Below, in pieces: positions 9,372 through 18,907 of a stretch of 64,000 bases of DNA (the first letter of the stretch is position 1; each line of letters begins with the position of its first letter). The notes beneath the pieces are model-generated. The model did not search any database. It worked only from the letters and a program-made list of their open reading frames with translations, and was not told the origin of the DNA. The position numbers were made by a program, and so were the translations under genes. This DNA comes from Candidatus Woesebacteria bacterium (GTDB lineage: Bacteria; Patescibacteriota; Microgenomatia; UBA8517): the NCBI GenBank assembly GCA_013374835.1, contig CP055307.1:343315-407314 (forward strand), written 5' to 3'.

Positions 9372-11357
9372 CTACTTTCCTGTAAAACTTTGAGTAAAGT
9401 CTGGAAGGGAAGGTTTAGTCATTTGTTGCCACTTTTCATCAGTAAGCCGGTCTGAAATAGGATATTTAAATTCGTAGTACGAGAAAATTGCACCAGAAGT
9501 CAAATATAAGTCACCGCTCTCTTTTACCACTACCAACAAATTCATCGGTTTTCCAACTCCTTCTTCAAGAACTTGAGCAGTATTGCCGTCTGTGTGAACA
9601 TCGACAATAATTTCCATTTTTGTATCCGTCTCCGAAGTGATTTTTTCTGTTTCCGCCGCCGAAAAAGTTACGAGGCCTTCAAGTGTACCACCTATGCTTT
9701 TAATAAAATCGTAATCGTTCTTTTCTAAATCTTTATTAGTTAGCTCTTTTTCAGATATTGCCTTCAAAGTCAAAAGTACTTCTTCCATTATTGTAAGTTT
9801 GCCTTTGTATTCGTCAATCAACAAATTTCTCGACTCCAATCCCTCCCGCATGAATTTTGCCAAGGAAGCAAGGCGAGCATATACTTCAGCATTGGGTTCC
9901 ACATAACCGCGGTTTTCTAGTTTAGGTTTTTGGGGTTCGACGCTGGTAGTAATAAGACCTGAACTTTGTTTTGCGTAAAGAATCGTGTCGTGTCGCAACT
10001 CTGTCCAAGAACCCAAAAATGAATTGATGTCTTTATCAAGCCAAGAAATCTGCTGCATAAAGACAGGATAACCATTTCCTTTTACTGTGAGTGTTGGTAG
10101 TAGAGAATATAACCAGTTCCAATACAAGTTTTCCGTCCACTGATTTTGTGGAAGCGATGAAAATTCTTGTTTGAGTTTTTGAAATTGTTCATTGTACTTG
10201 TCAAAAGCAGAATCTCTTTCCTTGTCAAGAATTTCTTTTGCTCTCTGTGACCCCAAGACAGCAGCTACATCTAGACCCCTTGGAAAAACTCTGACTGTTC
10301 TCACTCCATCTAAAGTTTCAATTGCTTCGGCTGTAAATGGTTTTGACCCGCTGCCAGTGTAATCTTGAATTTTGGGAAAAACGAGCTGTTGGAACATGTA
10401 AGAGTCTGGGATAAAACGTTGCCCCATAAACCGAAAACCTTTTGTTACCTTAGTGGGATCTTCACTTTCCAAAACAAATGAAGATGAAATTTCAGGAGTT
10501 GGTAATGCTTTAAGTTCGGCGATAATCTGATCAATTTTATTGTCATCAGCAAGGCTATTGACAGTCACACTTTCTCCAAAAACTTTTTTCATTACCCCCA
10601 AATAGTCATAAATATTAAGATCGTCCGCCTTGCCAACAAAGAAGACAGTCGGTTGATAAATTCTATCCCAAACTTTTAATGCGTCTTCTTGATTAACTTT
10701 TACTTGTTTGAGCATTAGGGAAATCAGCAAAGCTTGGCGGGTTTCCTCTCTCCCTTTTTCCTTGTCAGTTTGTTGCCCTATTATTCCTATTGGCGGTTCG
10801 ATTCTGAACATCATTCTTCCATACCACATCATTGTTTTGAAATATTTTTTGAAATCCTCGTTTCTAGTGTAATGTCCTCGCGGAACATATTGACTGTAGT
10901 CTTCTTTGTATCCAAAAATAGGCGACTCTTGAAAACCAGAGTGATTTTCAATCAGATTTAATTCTCGGTCTACAAGGTCCTTAACATCGGACGGAATTGC
11001 CGTTTCCGGCTCAAGCAATTTTGAAGCAACAGTAAAATACGCAACATTCTTTTTGGCGGCAGATTTTAAACCAGGGTCGCTAACGCTACTATATTGACTT
11101 AAAGCGTTTTGTAGCAATACTTTATTTAGGTTTTTTAGATCAGGAATAAACTTATTTATTTCTAAATTTCGCAAAGTATAGTCATAAAGGATATGATAGG
11201 TGTGTAAAACAGAATCAGTGGTTATAAAATTCGGTCTAGCGTTTTCAATATTATCTTGGTAAATAGAGTAAATTTGATTAAAGTCACTGGGTATAGCAGC
11301 AAAACCTTGTTTTGTTAATTTCTGTTTCGTTTTACTATCTAAACTAAATTTTTTCAT
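9372..11357 (-). CDS. DUF3160-like large extracytoplasmic protein, C-terminal portion of an IS-split gene
   Basis: 661 aa from MKKFSLDS…. It has no signal peptide of its own. The upstream in-frame codons (to 11405) derive from the IS end. Family assignment is from memory of DUF3160 (moderate confidence). Confidence 0.5.
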   Translation of the reverse strand: MKKFSLDSKTKQKLTKQGFAAIPSDFNQIYSIYQDNIENARPNFITTDSVLHTYHILYDYTLRNLEINKFIPDLKNLNKVLLQNALSQYSSVSDPGLKSAAKKNVAYFTVASKLLEPETAIPSDVKDLVDRELNLIENHSGFQESPIFGYKEDYSQYVPRGHYTRNEDFKKYFKTMMWYGRMMFRIEPPIGIIGQQTDKEKGREETRQALLISLMLKQVKVNQEDALKVWDRIYQPTVFFVGKADDLNIYDYLGVMKKVFGESVTVNSLADDNKIDQIIAELKALPTPEISSSFVLESEDPTKVTKGFRFMGQRFIPDSYMFQQLVFPKIQDYTGSGSKPFTAEAIETLDGVRTVRVFPRGLDVAAVLGSQRAKEILDKERDSAFDKYNEQFQKLKQEFSSLPQNQWTENLYWNWLYSLLPTLTVKGNGYPVFMQQISWLDKDINSFLGSWTELRHDTILYAKQSSGLITTSVEPQKPKLENRGYVEPNAEVYARLASLAKFMREGLESRNLLIDEYKGKLTIMEEVLLTLKAISEKELTNKDLEKNDYDFIKSIGGTLEGLVTFSAAETEKITSETDTKMEIIVDVHTDGNTAQVLEEGVGKPMNLLVVVKESGDLYLTSGAIFSYYEFKYPISDRLTDEKWQQMTKPSLPDFTQSFTGK

Positions 11358-11361
11358 ATTT

Positions 11362-12465
11362 TGCACAGGATCAGATACATATTCGACATTGAGTAAGCAT
11401 GGCAAGATCCACTGGGGTAAGCATGAAATCTGAGTTTGTAATGGGTAAAATCAAGAATTCCAAGGAGGTGATGAACTTGATTTCCCATCTGAGAAGATTT
11501 GATCAAAGTGAGGTGGCCCAGGAAAGACTAAGAATAATTAAGTATTATGCCAAACATGGAGAGGTTGCCACAAAAGAGGCCTTTGGAGTAGATCGCAAGC
11601 TTATCTTCACCTGGAAGAAAAGAGTACTAGAGAGAAAGAGTATCCAGGGGTTAGTTCCAGACTCCACAGCTCCAAGGGGGGTAAGAAGGTCAGTAGTGGA
11701 TCCTAAAATTGTTGATTATATTAAATCCCAAAGAGAGTTTGTCCCCAGAATGAGCAAGAAGAAGCTTAAACCCTTACTTGATGCATACTGCAGAGAAAAT
11801 AATCTCCTAACAGTATCAGAGGCTACCATTGGGAGGATTATCTCAAGAAACAATCTATTTTATTACAAAACAGGCAGAGTATACCACAATCCAGCCTCTA
11901 AATGGGCTCAAAACAAGACTAAGAGCAAGAAGAACAGAATTAAATATGCACCCAAACCAGAAACTCTGGGATACATCCAAGCTGATACTGTGGAGAAAAT
12001 CATTGATGGCATTAGGTGGTATATGTACCAGGCAATTGATGTGAAGGGAAAGTCTGCCCTTTCCCTGACCTACAAACACTTAAATTCAGTTAACACTGTG
12101 GACTTCTTCAAGAAATTCCAAACACTTATTCCCTACAAAATCCACACAGTCCAGACTGACAATGGTAAAGAGTTTCTCAAACAATTCAGGGTTTACCTAG
12201 AAAAACAAAACATCAAACACATTTTTATATACCCCAGAATGTCCAAGATCCAGGGGGTGGTAGAGCGCTTCAACAGGACCATCCAGGAAGATTTTATTGA
12301 CCCCAACCTCCACCTTATCTACAACCAGAAAGCTTACAACAACGTCTTGCAAAGTACCTGATATACTACAACTGCCAGAGAGTACATGAATCCCTAGGTA
12401 ATATGACACCAACAGACTATCTCATCCAGGAAGGAGGTATGTCGAATATGTTACGATCCTGTACA
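11362..12465 (+). mobile_element. IS481-like insertion sequence (1104 bp) with imperfect terminal inverted repeats and a 5-bp TATTT target duplication
   Basis: Left IR TGCACAGGATCAGATACATATTCGAC (11362-11387). Right IR GTCGAATATGTTACGATCCTGTACA (12441-12465), whose reverse complement is TGTACAGGATCGTAACATATTCGAC. TATTT lies at 11357-11361 and 12466-12470. Single HTH+rve transposase gene inside. Confidence 0.7.
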
Positions 12466-12474
12466 TATTTTTGA
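11399..12474 (+). CDS. DDE transposase (HTH + rve integrase core), interrupted by a frameshift in a C4 run
   Basis: D(IQADTV)…D(TDNGKEF)…E(VERFNRT) triad. Frame 1 stops at 12361 (…LQST*). The conserved integrase C-terminus ESLQQRLAKYLIYYNCQRVHESLGNMTPTDYL… continues in another frame to 12474. Adding one C at 12301-12304 restores a single ORF. Confidence 0.7.
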
Positions 12475-12796
12475 TTTTATCCAAATTTACCGGTAAGCTG
12501 TAAGAATCAGCATTCGGGATTATGTCTACAGTGTATGGTTTATATTCAGCAAATTCTGTTGAAATTGCGGATTTTATAGAAATTGGTTGTTCTGTATTAA
12601 TTGGCGTGGGTGTTTGTTGTTCACTTTTATTGAGATAGAAAAAAGATGCAAGGATAATAACAACAATGGCACTAAAAATAATAGAAATAATCCAAATCTT
12701 TTTCTTGGATTTTACCTCCGGCATAATTGGCGGCGTTTGAGGATTCTCTGGTAAAGATTGATCTGGCGCCGGTTGATTAAAATTTTGATTGTCCAT
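12422..12796 (-). CDS. N-terminal signal-anchor fragment (Pro-rich + one TM helix) of the IS-split DUF3160 gene
   Basis: TM helix IWIISIIFSAIVVIILASFFYL. The last 15 codons (12422-12466) are read from the IS right end. With the IS and one TATTT copy removed, the frame runs …DKIKN-MKKFSLDS… into the 9372-11357 ORF. Confidence 0.5.
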   Translation of the reverse strand: MDNQNFNQPAPDQSLPENPQTPPIMPEVKSKKKIWIISIIFSAIVVIILASFFYLNKSEQQTPTPINTEQPISIKSAISTEFAEYKPYTVDIIPNADSYSLPVNLDKIKNMYRIVTYSTYLLPG

Positions 12797-12870
12797 ATTT
12801 TTATTTTTTTATCGCGGCTAAATACATCAGCCGATAAAAGTTAATTATATTTAAATTTTTACGACCTTAC

Positions 12871-13124
12871 TTATATTTTACCTTCCCCGACAACTTTTGC
12901 AATCATTTTTATTAAGTATTCTATTGAGACATCTAATGCTTTGGCAATTTTCGCCATAGTTTGAACGCTTGGCCTATTAACTATGCCACTTTCGACCTTC
13001 ATAAATGTTGTATATTTTATATTGTATATTTTATATCCGTTTTATTAGCCAAATCGTCTTGGGTTAAGCCGAGCTTCGCCCGCAATTTCTTAATGTTTTC
13101 GCTGATAGTTTTACCACTTGTCAT
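12871..13124 (-). pseudogene. XRE-family (Cro/CI-type) HTH transcriptional regulator disrupted by a 14-bp tandem duplication
   Basis: N-terminal frame MTSGKTISENIKKLRAKLGLTQDDLANKTDIKYT then stop. C-terminal frame …KVESGIVNRPSVQTMAKIAKALDVSIEYL…. Deleting one 14-bp copy yields an intact 79-aa HTH_XRE protein. Confidence 0.55.
13008..13035. repeat. perfect 2 x 14-bp tandem duplication (TTGTATATTTTATA)
   Basis: Read directly in sequence. Lies inside the XRE gene and causes a frameshift. Confidence 0.85.
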
Positions 13125-13432
13125 ATAAAAATAAAGTTTTTGGTAATATTATGGTATATAAGGTTATTATTTGTATTTTTATACTACCAAATAAAATGAT
13201 TTTTAGTAACCAATTTTAGGGAGTTCTTTGTTGTCGTCTGTGCACGGGAAGGTTGGGGTAAGGGCGACTATAAAAAATGTTTAGATTGGTCGGCAAGGAG
13301 CGATAAAGATTGAACTTCTGAAACCTGTGTATGATGCACTCCTTACTCATTGGAATTATAAAGCATTGGATCAAAAAATGCTCGCTTTATTCCTCCAAAA
13401 TCAGGCTCAAATAAGGTATAATCAGATCAGGT

Positions 13433-14286
13433 ATGAATACTAAATTACCTTCAAAATCAGGAATTATTTTTGGCACAGAGGATCCAAGTCGCATTAAAAG
13501 GCGTGAGGTAACAGGTGTGTTTGTGCCTATTGGTAGCACACAAGTTAAAGCTAATCCTGTTATGGAATTAGTAGATGCTATGAAAAAAGTAAAAACTGAT
13601 ACACCAGAGGCAAAGTTAAATAAAGACAGTATGAGTGACAATAAATGGAGGTAGGATTACATTCAACGGGGACTTAACAGGCTCAAAAGTAATTAGAGGT
13701 GTTGAGGAAAGAAGTCAATGGATACACAGATTACCAACACTAGACTCAAGTTCAAAAAGTGGCCAGAGCTTAGGAGTAAATACATCTATGAGTGGGCAAG
13801 CCTACTTGACCTCTCAAAAGAATATGATGGCCTAATCTCATATAATGCTATTGCAGATAGGTGTAGGGCTGAGGAGTGGGTAAAACAGCGTGAGGAGCAT
13901 TGGGCACAAGTTGGGCAAGACTATGGTGCTTTAATTACTGCAAAAAAGATTGAGGCACAAAAGATGATGATTGAGGGTGCGAATATGCTATTAGAAAAGG
14001 GTAACGAGGCACTAAAAGACACTTTGAGGAGCTTGAAAGTAAAGATGAAGTTATGAGTTTGAAAGAAGCAAGGGATTTGATGTGGACAGGCTTCAAGATG
14101 ATTTCCTAATTTATGGACAAGGTTGATAAAGACCCTCAATACAACTCTGGTGTAACTGATGCTGACAAATATGAAACCATGCGTTGGATGAAGGCATATT
14201 TTGGGCTATATCATTCATTAACAGACGAGGAAAAGAAGCTAATTGGCGATGACACTTATCCTATGTTAGAAATGCAAGCAAGTTGA
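13433..14286 (+). pseudogene. frameshift-decayed phage-like ORF fragments (13433-13654, 13635-13835, 13718-14056, 14046-14102, 14113-14286)
   Basis: Successive overlapping ORFs switch through all three frames with no intergenic space. No confident family match; possibly small-terminase-like. Confidence 0.35.
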
Positions 14287-14298
14287 TATAATTAGCAT

Positions 14299-15024
14299 AT
14301 GTCAGATTTTGAGACTTTTCCTGTTGAACCAAGACCAATTAGACCTGGACATAAAAGTGAATTCCAGATTTTTAGGAATTCTGAGCCTGTAGTTAATGAG
14401 GGAAATATTGCAAGTGTGTATGAACAGCCACAAAAGATACTACCCCAGAGACTTGAACCAACAGCATTTCAAGTAGAAGCCGGCATTGCCTCTCAAGCTC
14501 TGAATGACGATATGGATTTGCGAGGCGGGATGAGTATATTTTTCTCAAGAGAGAAAGGGAAATCCCCAAATACAGCACAAAGTAGGACTTACTATGTAGT
14601 GGATGCAGGATTAGCTCACTTACCAGGCTTATATGAGATGATGTTAGGTTACAACATTGACCCTGCAATGGTGATAACTGAGACCCCCAAGCATACAAGA
14701 TTTCAGGAGACTTTGAAGTATTGGTCTACTTCTGTAGCAAGAAGTAGAAGCAAAATGGAAGATGATAAGGTTGATGGTTTTGCTACATTAGTTGATTGTC
14801 ATAGAGAAAAGCCTGTTGATAGAGAGTTAATCCCAACTGCTGACTCATTAAGATCGTTAGGAGTAACTAGAGTTGTTTACTTATCTGAGTCACCAGTTGG
14901 AGAGTATTCAGCTAATGTGTATCCAAAAGATATTGAGAAGCCAATGACTGAATTCAAAGAAGCTGGCTTTGCTGTTGAAAGTTTTGGAATAGATAGAAAA
15001 CAAGGATTTAGGAAACAAAAATAA
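14299..15024 (+). CDS. hypothetical protein (241 aa) upstream of serine recombinase
   Basis: Intact ORF with no recognised domain. Followed by a hairpin terminator. Confidence 0.4.
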   Translation: MSDFETFPVEPRPIRPGHKSEFQIFRNSEPVVNEGNIASVYEQPQKILPQRLEPTAFQVEAGIASQALNDDMDLRGGMSIFFSREKGKSPNTAQSRTYYVVDAGLAHLPGLYEMMLGYNIDPAMVITETPKHTRFQETLKYWSTSVARSRSKMEDDKVDGFATLVDCHREKPVDRELIPTADSLRSLGVTRVVYLSESPVGEYSANVYPKDIEKPMTEFKEAGFAVESFGIDRKQGFRKQK

Positions 15025-15073
15025 ATTCTAAAATTGGTTGATACAGCTAACCAGTTGAAATAGAATTAAACTA

Positions 15074-15110
15074 AAATCGCCCCTTGGCTGTATCAAGTGG
15101 GCGATTTTTA
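15074..15110 (+). terminator. hairpin + T-run (AAAATCGCCC…GGGCGATTTTT)
   Basis: 10-bp perfect stem followed by T-run, between the 14299 ORF and the recombinase gene. Confidence 0.4.
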
Positions 15111-15115
15111 TTGAT

Positions 15116-16678
15116 ATGGAATACGAAGAAGAACTTGACTATGCAAAGCTAAGATATGTCTTGTATGCCCGCAAGTCCAGCATAGATGAGGCACGACAAG
15201 TTAAGTCTATTCCTGATCAAATTGACGAGTGTTTGAAGTTGGCTGAGAGACTGCACCTGAACATTGTTAAACCCTATCTCACCGAGTCAAAATCAGCCAA
15301 ACTCCCTAATAATCGTCCTGTCTTTAGAGCCATGCTTAGTGATATTCAGGCGGGTAAATATGATGGTATTTTGGCATGGAACCCGGATAGATTAGCTCGC
15401 AACATGCTTGAGGGTGGTCACATCATTAATATGATTGATGAGGGAGTTATCAAAGACCTCAAGTTTGCTACACATCACTTCACTAAGGATGCTAATGGCA
15501 AAATGCTTCTGGGTATTGCCTTTGTGTTATCTAAGCAATACTCAGATAAACTCTCTCAAGATGTTAAAAGAGGCGTGGAGAGTAATTTAGCCAAGGGTAA
15601 GTCACCCACTCCCAAGTATGGATATGTCAATGAGAGTGGCCTGTATTATCCTGATGAGAATAATCATCAGTTAATATGTGATGCTTGGCGGATGAGAAAA
15701 GAGGGGGAGCCAATTAAATCCATAAGCAACCACCTAAATGAACATGGCTTTTACAAAGAGATTAAATCATCTGGTAAAAAGACCTATATGACGCCACAGA
15801 AGCTCAGTGATATGTTCAAGGATAGCTTTTACTATGGAAAGCTCATACAAGCCAATCAGATGGTTGATTTGAGGGAGATGTATGAGTTTATACCAGCAAC
15901 CACAGAAGAAGATTTTATGGCTATCCAAGAGCTATCTTATAGGCGTATAAAGCCCCCAAAGCCCCACAGAGCGGTCTTTTACCCGCTCAAGCTCATGGTG
16001 CATTGTTCGTTTTGTAATCAATCTATGAGGGTCGCACCCTCTACCAGTCAGACTAAGAAGAAGCGATATTTGTATTTTAGGTGTGACACAAAGGGATGCG
16101 ATAGGAAAAAGAAGTCCATTAGATCAAAGGTGATATTTGATTTCATAATTGATTTTTTGCAAGATGGCCTTGGCTTTACTGAAAAAGAATACCAGCAATA
16201 CCTTGATGGCATGAAATACCTCTCTGATGATCACAAGGTCAAAATTAGAGGTGAGTTGAATACTAAACGAGGGTTAGTTAAAAGAAGAAAGCAGGAAATT
16301 AAGGAATTATCTTTGAATATAGCTAAACTTGATCCTGTAATTCCAGCATATAAAACTATTCTTAACCAAATCTCAGGTAAGATCGCAGAGTTGGAAGTAG
16401 AGATAGAGGGGCTTGAAGCTGATGTTGCAAAACTTGAAGAACAGTTGAAGAAGTCAGAAGATGAAGTGGCCTCATTAGAGGATTTTGCGAACTTGTCAAA
16501 AAATGCCGCGTCCATCGTCCAATCTGCCGATGCGGTGGGAAAAGATATGATTTGCAAGTTAATCTTTGCGAACTTTACTGTTGATGAGCAAAAAGTGGCG
16601 TCATATCGGCTCAAAGAGCCATTTGATATCCTTATGAAACAGCGTAAATTCCTATTTAGTCGGGGTACCAGGAATTGA
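15116..16678 (+). CDS. large serine recombinase (phage-type serine integrase)
   Basis: N-terminal resolvase catalytic domain (YARKSS…RLARN). Recombinase domain, then Cys zinc ribbon (CSFCNQ…FRCDTKGC), then coiled coil. 520 aa and apparently intact. The stop codon lies inside the tRNA-Pro 3' end. Confidence 0.85.
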   Translation: MEYEEELDYAKLRYVLYARKSSIDEARQVKSIPDQIDECLKLAERLHLNIVKPYLTESKSAKLPNNRPVFRAMLSDIQAGKYDGILAWNPDRLARNMLEGGHIINMIDEGVIKDLKFATHHFTKDANGKMLLGIAFVLSKQYSDKLSQDVKRGVESNLAKGKSPTPKYGYVNESGLYYPDENNHQLICDAWRMRKEGEPIKSISNHLNEHGFYKEIKSSGKKTYMTPQKLSDMFKDSFYYGKLIQANQMVDLREMYEFIPATTEEDFMAIQELSYRRIKPPKPHRAVFYPLKLMVHCSFCNQSMRVAPSTSQTKKKRYLYFRCDTKGCDRKKKSIRSKVIFDFIIDFLQDGLGFTEKEYQQYLDGMKYLSDDHKVKIRGELNTKRGLVKRRKQEIKELSLNIAKLDPVIPAYKTILNQISGKIAELEVEIEGLEADVAKLEEQLKKSEDEVASLEDFANLSKNAASIVQSADAVGKDMICKLIFANFTVDEQKVASYRLKEPFDILMKQRKFLFSRGTRN

Positions 16679-16730
16679 ACCTGGACCGGACGCACCCCAT
16701 GCGCCCATTCTACCTTTAAACTATACCCCG
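16660..16730 (-). tRNA. tRNA-Pro (anticodon GGG)
   Basis: Cloverleaf folded by hand. Acceptor CGGGGTA/TACCCCG with C1:G72 and A73. Anticodon loop AU-GGG-GU. T-arm CCAGG-TTCAATT-CCTGG. CCA not encoded. Confidence 0.75.
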
Positions 16731-16752
16731 TTGATATTGATATTTTATCAGA

Positions 16753-17334
16753 TTAATTTTTTAATTTAACCGCTCCTTTTCGAATGAGTCTTATCTTGTC
16801 TCCTACTACTTTAACTACAGTTGACGGTTCGCCATTTAGTGGCCCTTCGTTTATATAGAAATCCACATTGTTTCCAAAATAGTTTTCTGCTTCTTCCACG
16901 GTTGTTGCAGGTTTTTTTCCTTCGGGGTTTGCTGAGGTAGATATTAAAGGACCTGTTTTTTCCAGAAGTTTTCTTAAATCCGGTTTATCCGGGATTCTAA
17001 TGGCTAGGCTTTTCGTTCCTTTGTGAAGGTATTTGAAAAGGTTTTCTTTGGCAGGCAAGATTACGCTTATTTTTCCCGGCCAAACTTTATTTAAAAATTT
17101 TTTAATTTTGGGTGAGGTGCTAATTTTAAAGATTGCAAGATCAAGAGGAGACGAAATAAGGATAACGAAAGGTTTTTGGTTGTCTCTTTTTTTGATTTTG
17201 TATATTTTTTCAATTGCTTCTGGGATAAAGACGCTTGCATGAATTCCGTAGATTGTATCTGTCGGAAGAATACCTATTTTTCCTTCTCTTAAGAGTTTTA
17301 CGATTTTTTGGTTATCCAAGCTTTTTGAGTCCAT
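16753..17334 (-). CDS. tsaC: L-threonylcarbamoyladenylate synthase (YrdC/Sua5 family)
   Basis: GILPTDTIYGI motif and YrdC fold length. Confidence 0.8.
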   Translation of the reverse strand: MDSKSLDNQKIVKLLREGKIGILPTDTIYGIHASVFIPEAIEKIYKIKKRDNQKPFVILISSPLDLAIFKISTSPKIKKFLNKVWPGKISVILPAKENLFKYLHKGTKSLAIRIPDKPDLRKLLEKTGPLISTSANPEGKKPATTVEEAENYFGNNVDFYINEGPLNGEPSTVVKVVGDKIRLIRKGAVKLKN

Positions 17335-17379
17335 TTGATGCTTGTATTATCCTTTAGTATGTGCTAAAAGTAAAGCCAA

Positions 17380-18465
17380 ATGCCAAGGGGTAAGGATAAA
17401 AAAGAGGAAAAAGTGAAATCGGATTCTTCTTTAGGATCTTCTCAGAAACTTGCCGCTATAAAACTTGCTATGGAGCAGATCGAGAAGCAATATGGACGAG
17501 GATCAATTATGAGGCTTGGAGAGCGCGCGAGACAGCTTAAGGATGTTGATACGATTCCAACGGGGTCTATTGCTCTTGATTTGGCTCTTGGAGTAGGTGG
17601 GCTTCCAAGAGGCAGAATAGTTGAAATTTACGGGCCTGAGGCTTCGGGGAAGACTACTCTGGCTTTGCATGTTGTTGCCGAGGCTCAGAAACGGGGTGGA
17701 CAGTGTGCTTTTGTAGATGCGGAGCATGCGTTAGATCCTACAAGGGCTGAGATAATAGGGGTTAATCTTGACGATTTGCTTCTAAGCCAGCCGGATACAG
17801 GAGAGCAGGCTCTTGAAATAACTGAGACTTTAGTTAGATCCGGAGCTCTCGATGTGGTTATTGTAGATTCTGTTGCTGCTTTGGTGCCTAGGGCTGAGCT
17901 TGAAGGTGAGATGGGAGATGCAGTGATCGGGCTTCAGGCAAGGCTTATGAGCCAGGCACTAAGAAAGCTTACAGGCGCAATTAATAAGAGTAAGACGATT
18001 CTTATTTTTACAAATCAGATCAGACAAAAGATAGGTGTGATGTTTGGGAATCCCGAGACGACGCCTGGTGGCCTTGCATTAAAATTTTATTCATCGATCA
18101 GGCTTGATATCAGAAGGATTGAGACTCTTAAGGAAGGAGATCAGGTTTTTGGTTCGAGGCACAGAGTTAGAGTTGTTAAAAATAAGGTTGCTCCCCCGCT
18201 TCGCGTTGCCGAGTTTGACATTATGAATGATGAGGGTATTTCAAAGCTGGGTGGAATTTTGGATGTTGGAGTGGAAATGGGGATTGTTGAAAAAAAGGGA
18301 TCATTTTATTCTTATAACGGAGAAACTTTCGCCCAGGGAAAGGAAGCGGCAAAGGAATACTTGAAGGCAAATAAAAAGATTTGTGATGAGATAGAAAGAA
18401 AAATTAGAGAGGTTCTTGTTTCTGGTAAGGATTTGCCCAAAGAACTAGGTGATGAAAAAGATTGA
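17380..18465 (+). CDS. recA: recombinase RecA
   Basis: Walker [13 protein letters not shown]. …GSIMRLGE…. Full-length conservation. Confidence 0.95.
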   Translation: MPRGKDKKEEKVKSDSSLGSSQKLAAIKLAMEQIEKQYGRGSIMRLGERARQLKDVDTIPTGSIALDLALGVGGLPRGRIVEIYGPEASGKTTLALHVVAEAQKRGGQCAFVDAEHALDPTRAEIIGVNLDDLLLSQPDTGEQALEITETLVRSGALDVVIVDSVAALVPRAELEGEMGDAVIGLQARLMSQALRKLTGAINKSKTILIFTNQIRQKIGVMFGNPETTPGGLALKFYSSIRLDIRRIETLKEGDQVFGSRHRVRVVKNKVAPPLRVAEFDIMNDEGISKLGGILDVGVEMGIVEKKGSFYSYNGETFAQGKEAAKEYLKANKKICDEIERKIREVLVSGKDLPKELGDEKD

Positions 18466-18907
18466 TAATCAACTTGATGTTCTTTGGGAAAAGTGTGTGA
18501 AATTTGCTACTTTAAGGCCGCGGAGTGAAAAAGAGCTTGATTATTGGTTTGAGAAGAAAAATGTCGAAAAGGTTTCGGCTCAAAGTTTAAAACAGAAACT
18601 ACGTGATTTTGGACTTTTGGATGATCGGGAGTTTTGTGAATGGTGGATAACGCAGAGAATGGAGTTTCGTCCACGATCCAGAAGGGCGCTTATCCATGAG
18701 CTTTCTCAAAAAGGTATTAAAAGAGAGCTGGTTGAAGAAGTTTTGAAAACGTTAGGTTTTGATGAAGTTAGTTTGGCAAAAAGAATTATAGAAAAGAATT
18801 TTTATCGTTGGGAAAGGCTTAGTGAACGTGACAGAAAGAGAAAAATAGGAGAATTTTTGAACAGACAGGGGTATTCTTGGGAGGTAATTAAGAAGGTAAG
18901 CGGTTGA
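18449..18907 (+). CDS. recX: RecA regulator RecX
   Basis: 152-aa helical-repeat protein immediately downstream of, and overlapping, recA. Confidence 0.7.
   Translation: MMKKIDNQLDVLWEKCVKFATLRPRSEKELDYWFEKKNVEKVSAQSLKQKLRDFGLLDDREFCEWWITQRMEFRPRSRRALIHELSQKGIKRELVEEVLKTLGFDEVSLAKRIIEKNFYRWERLSERDRKRKIGEFLNRQGYSWEVIKKVSG

Noticed and set aside
11358-11405. N-terminal extension MPCLLNVEYVSDPVQN of the DUF3160 ORF
   Set aside because: These codons are read from the IS left terminal repeat, so they are not part of the original gene. MKKF at 11357 is the likely start of the surviving fragment.
13141-13440. Direct repeat of the tRNA-Pro 3' end (attL candidate) near 13330 (…GATTGAACTTCTGAAACCTG…)
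   Set aside because: It shares only an 8-nt core (ATTGAAC) with the tRNA T-arm, which is too weak to call an attachment site without computation.
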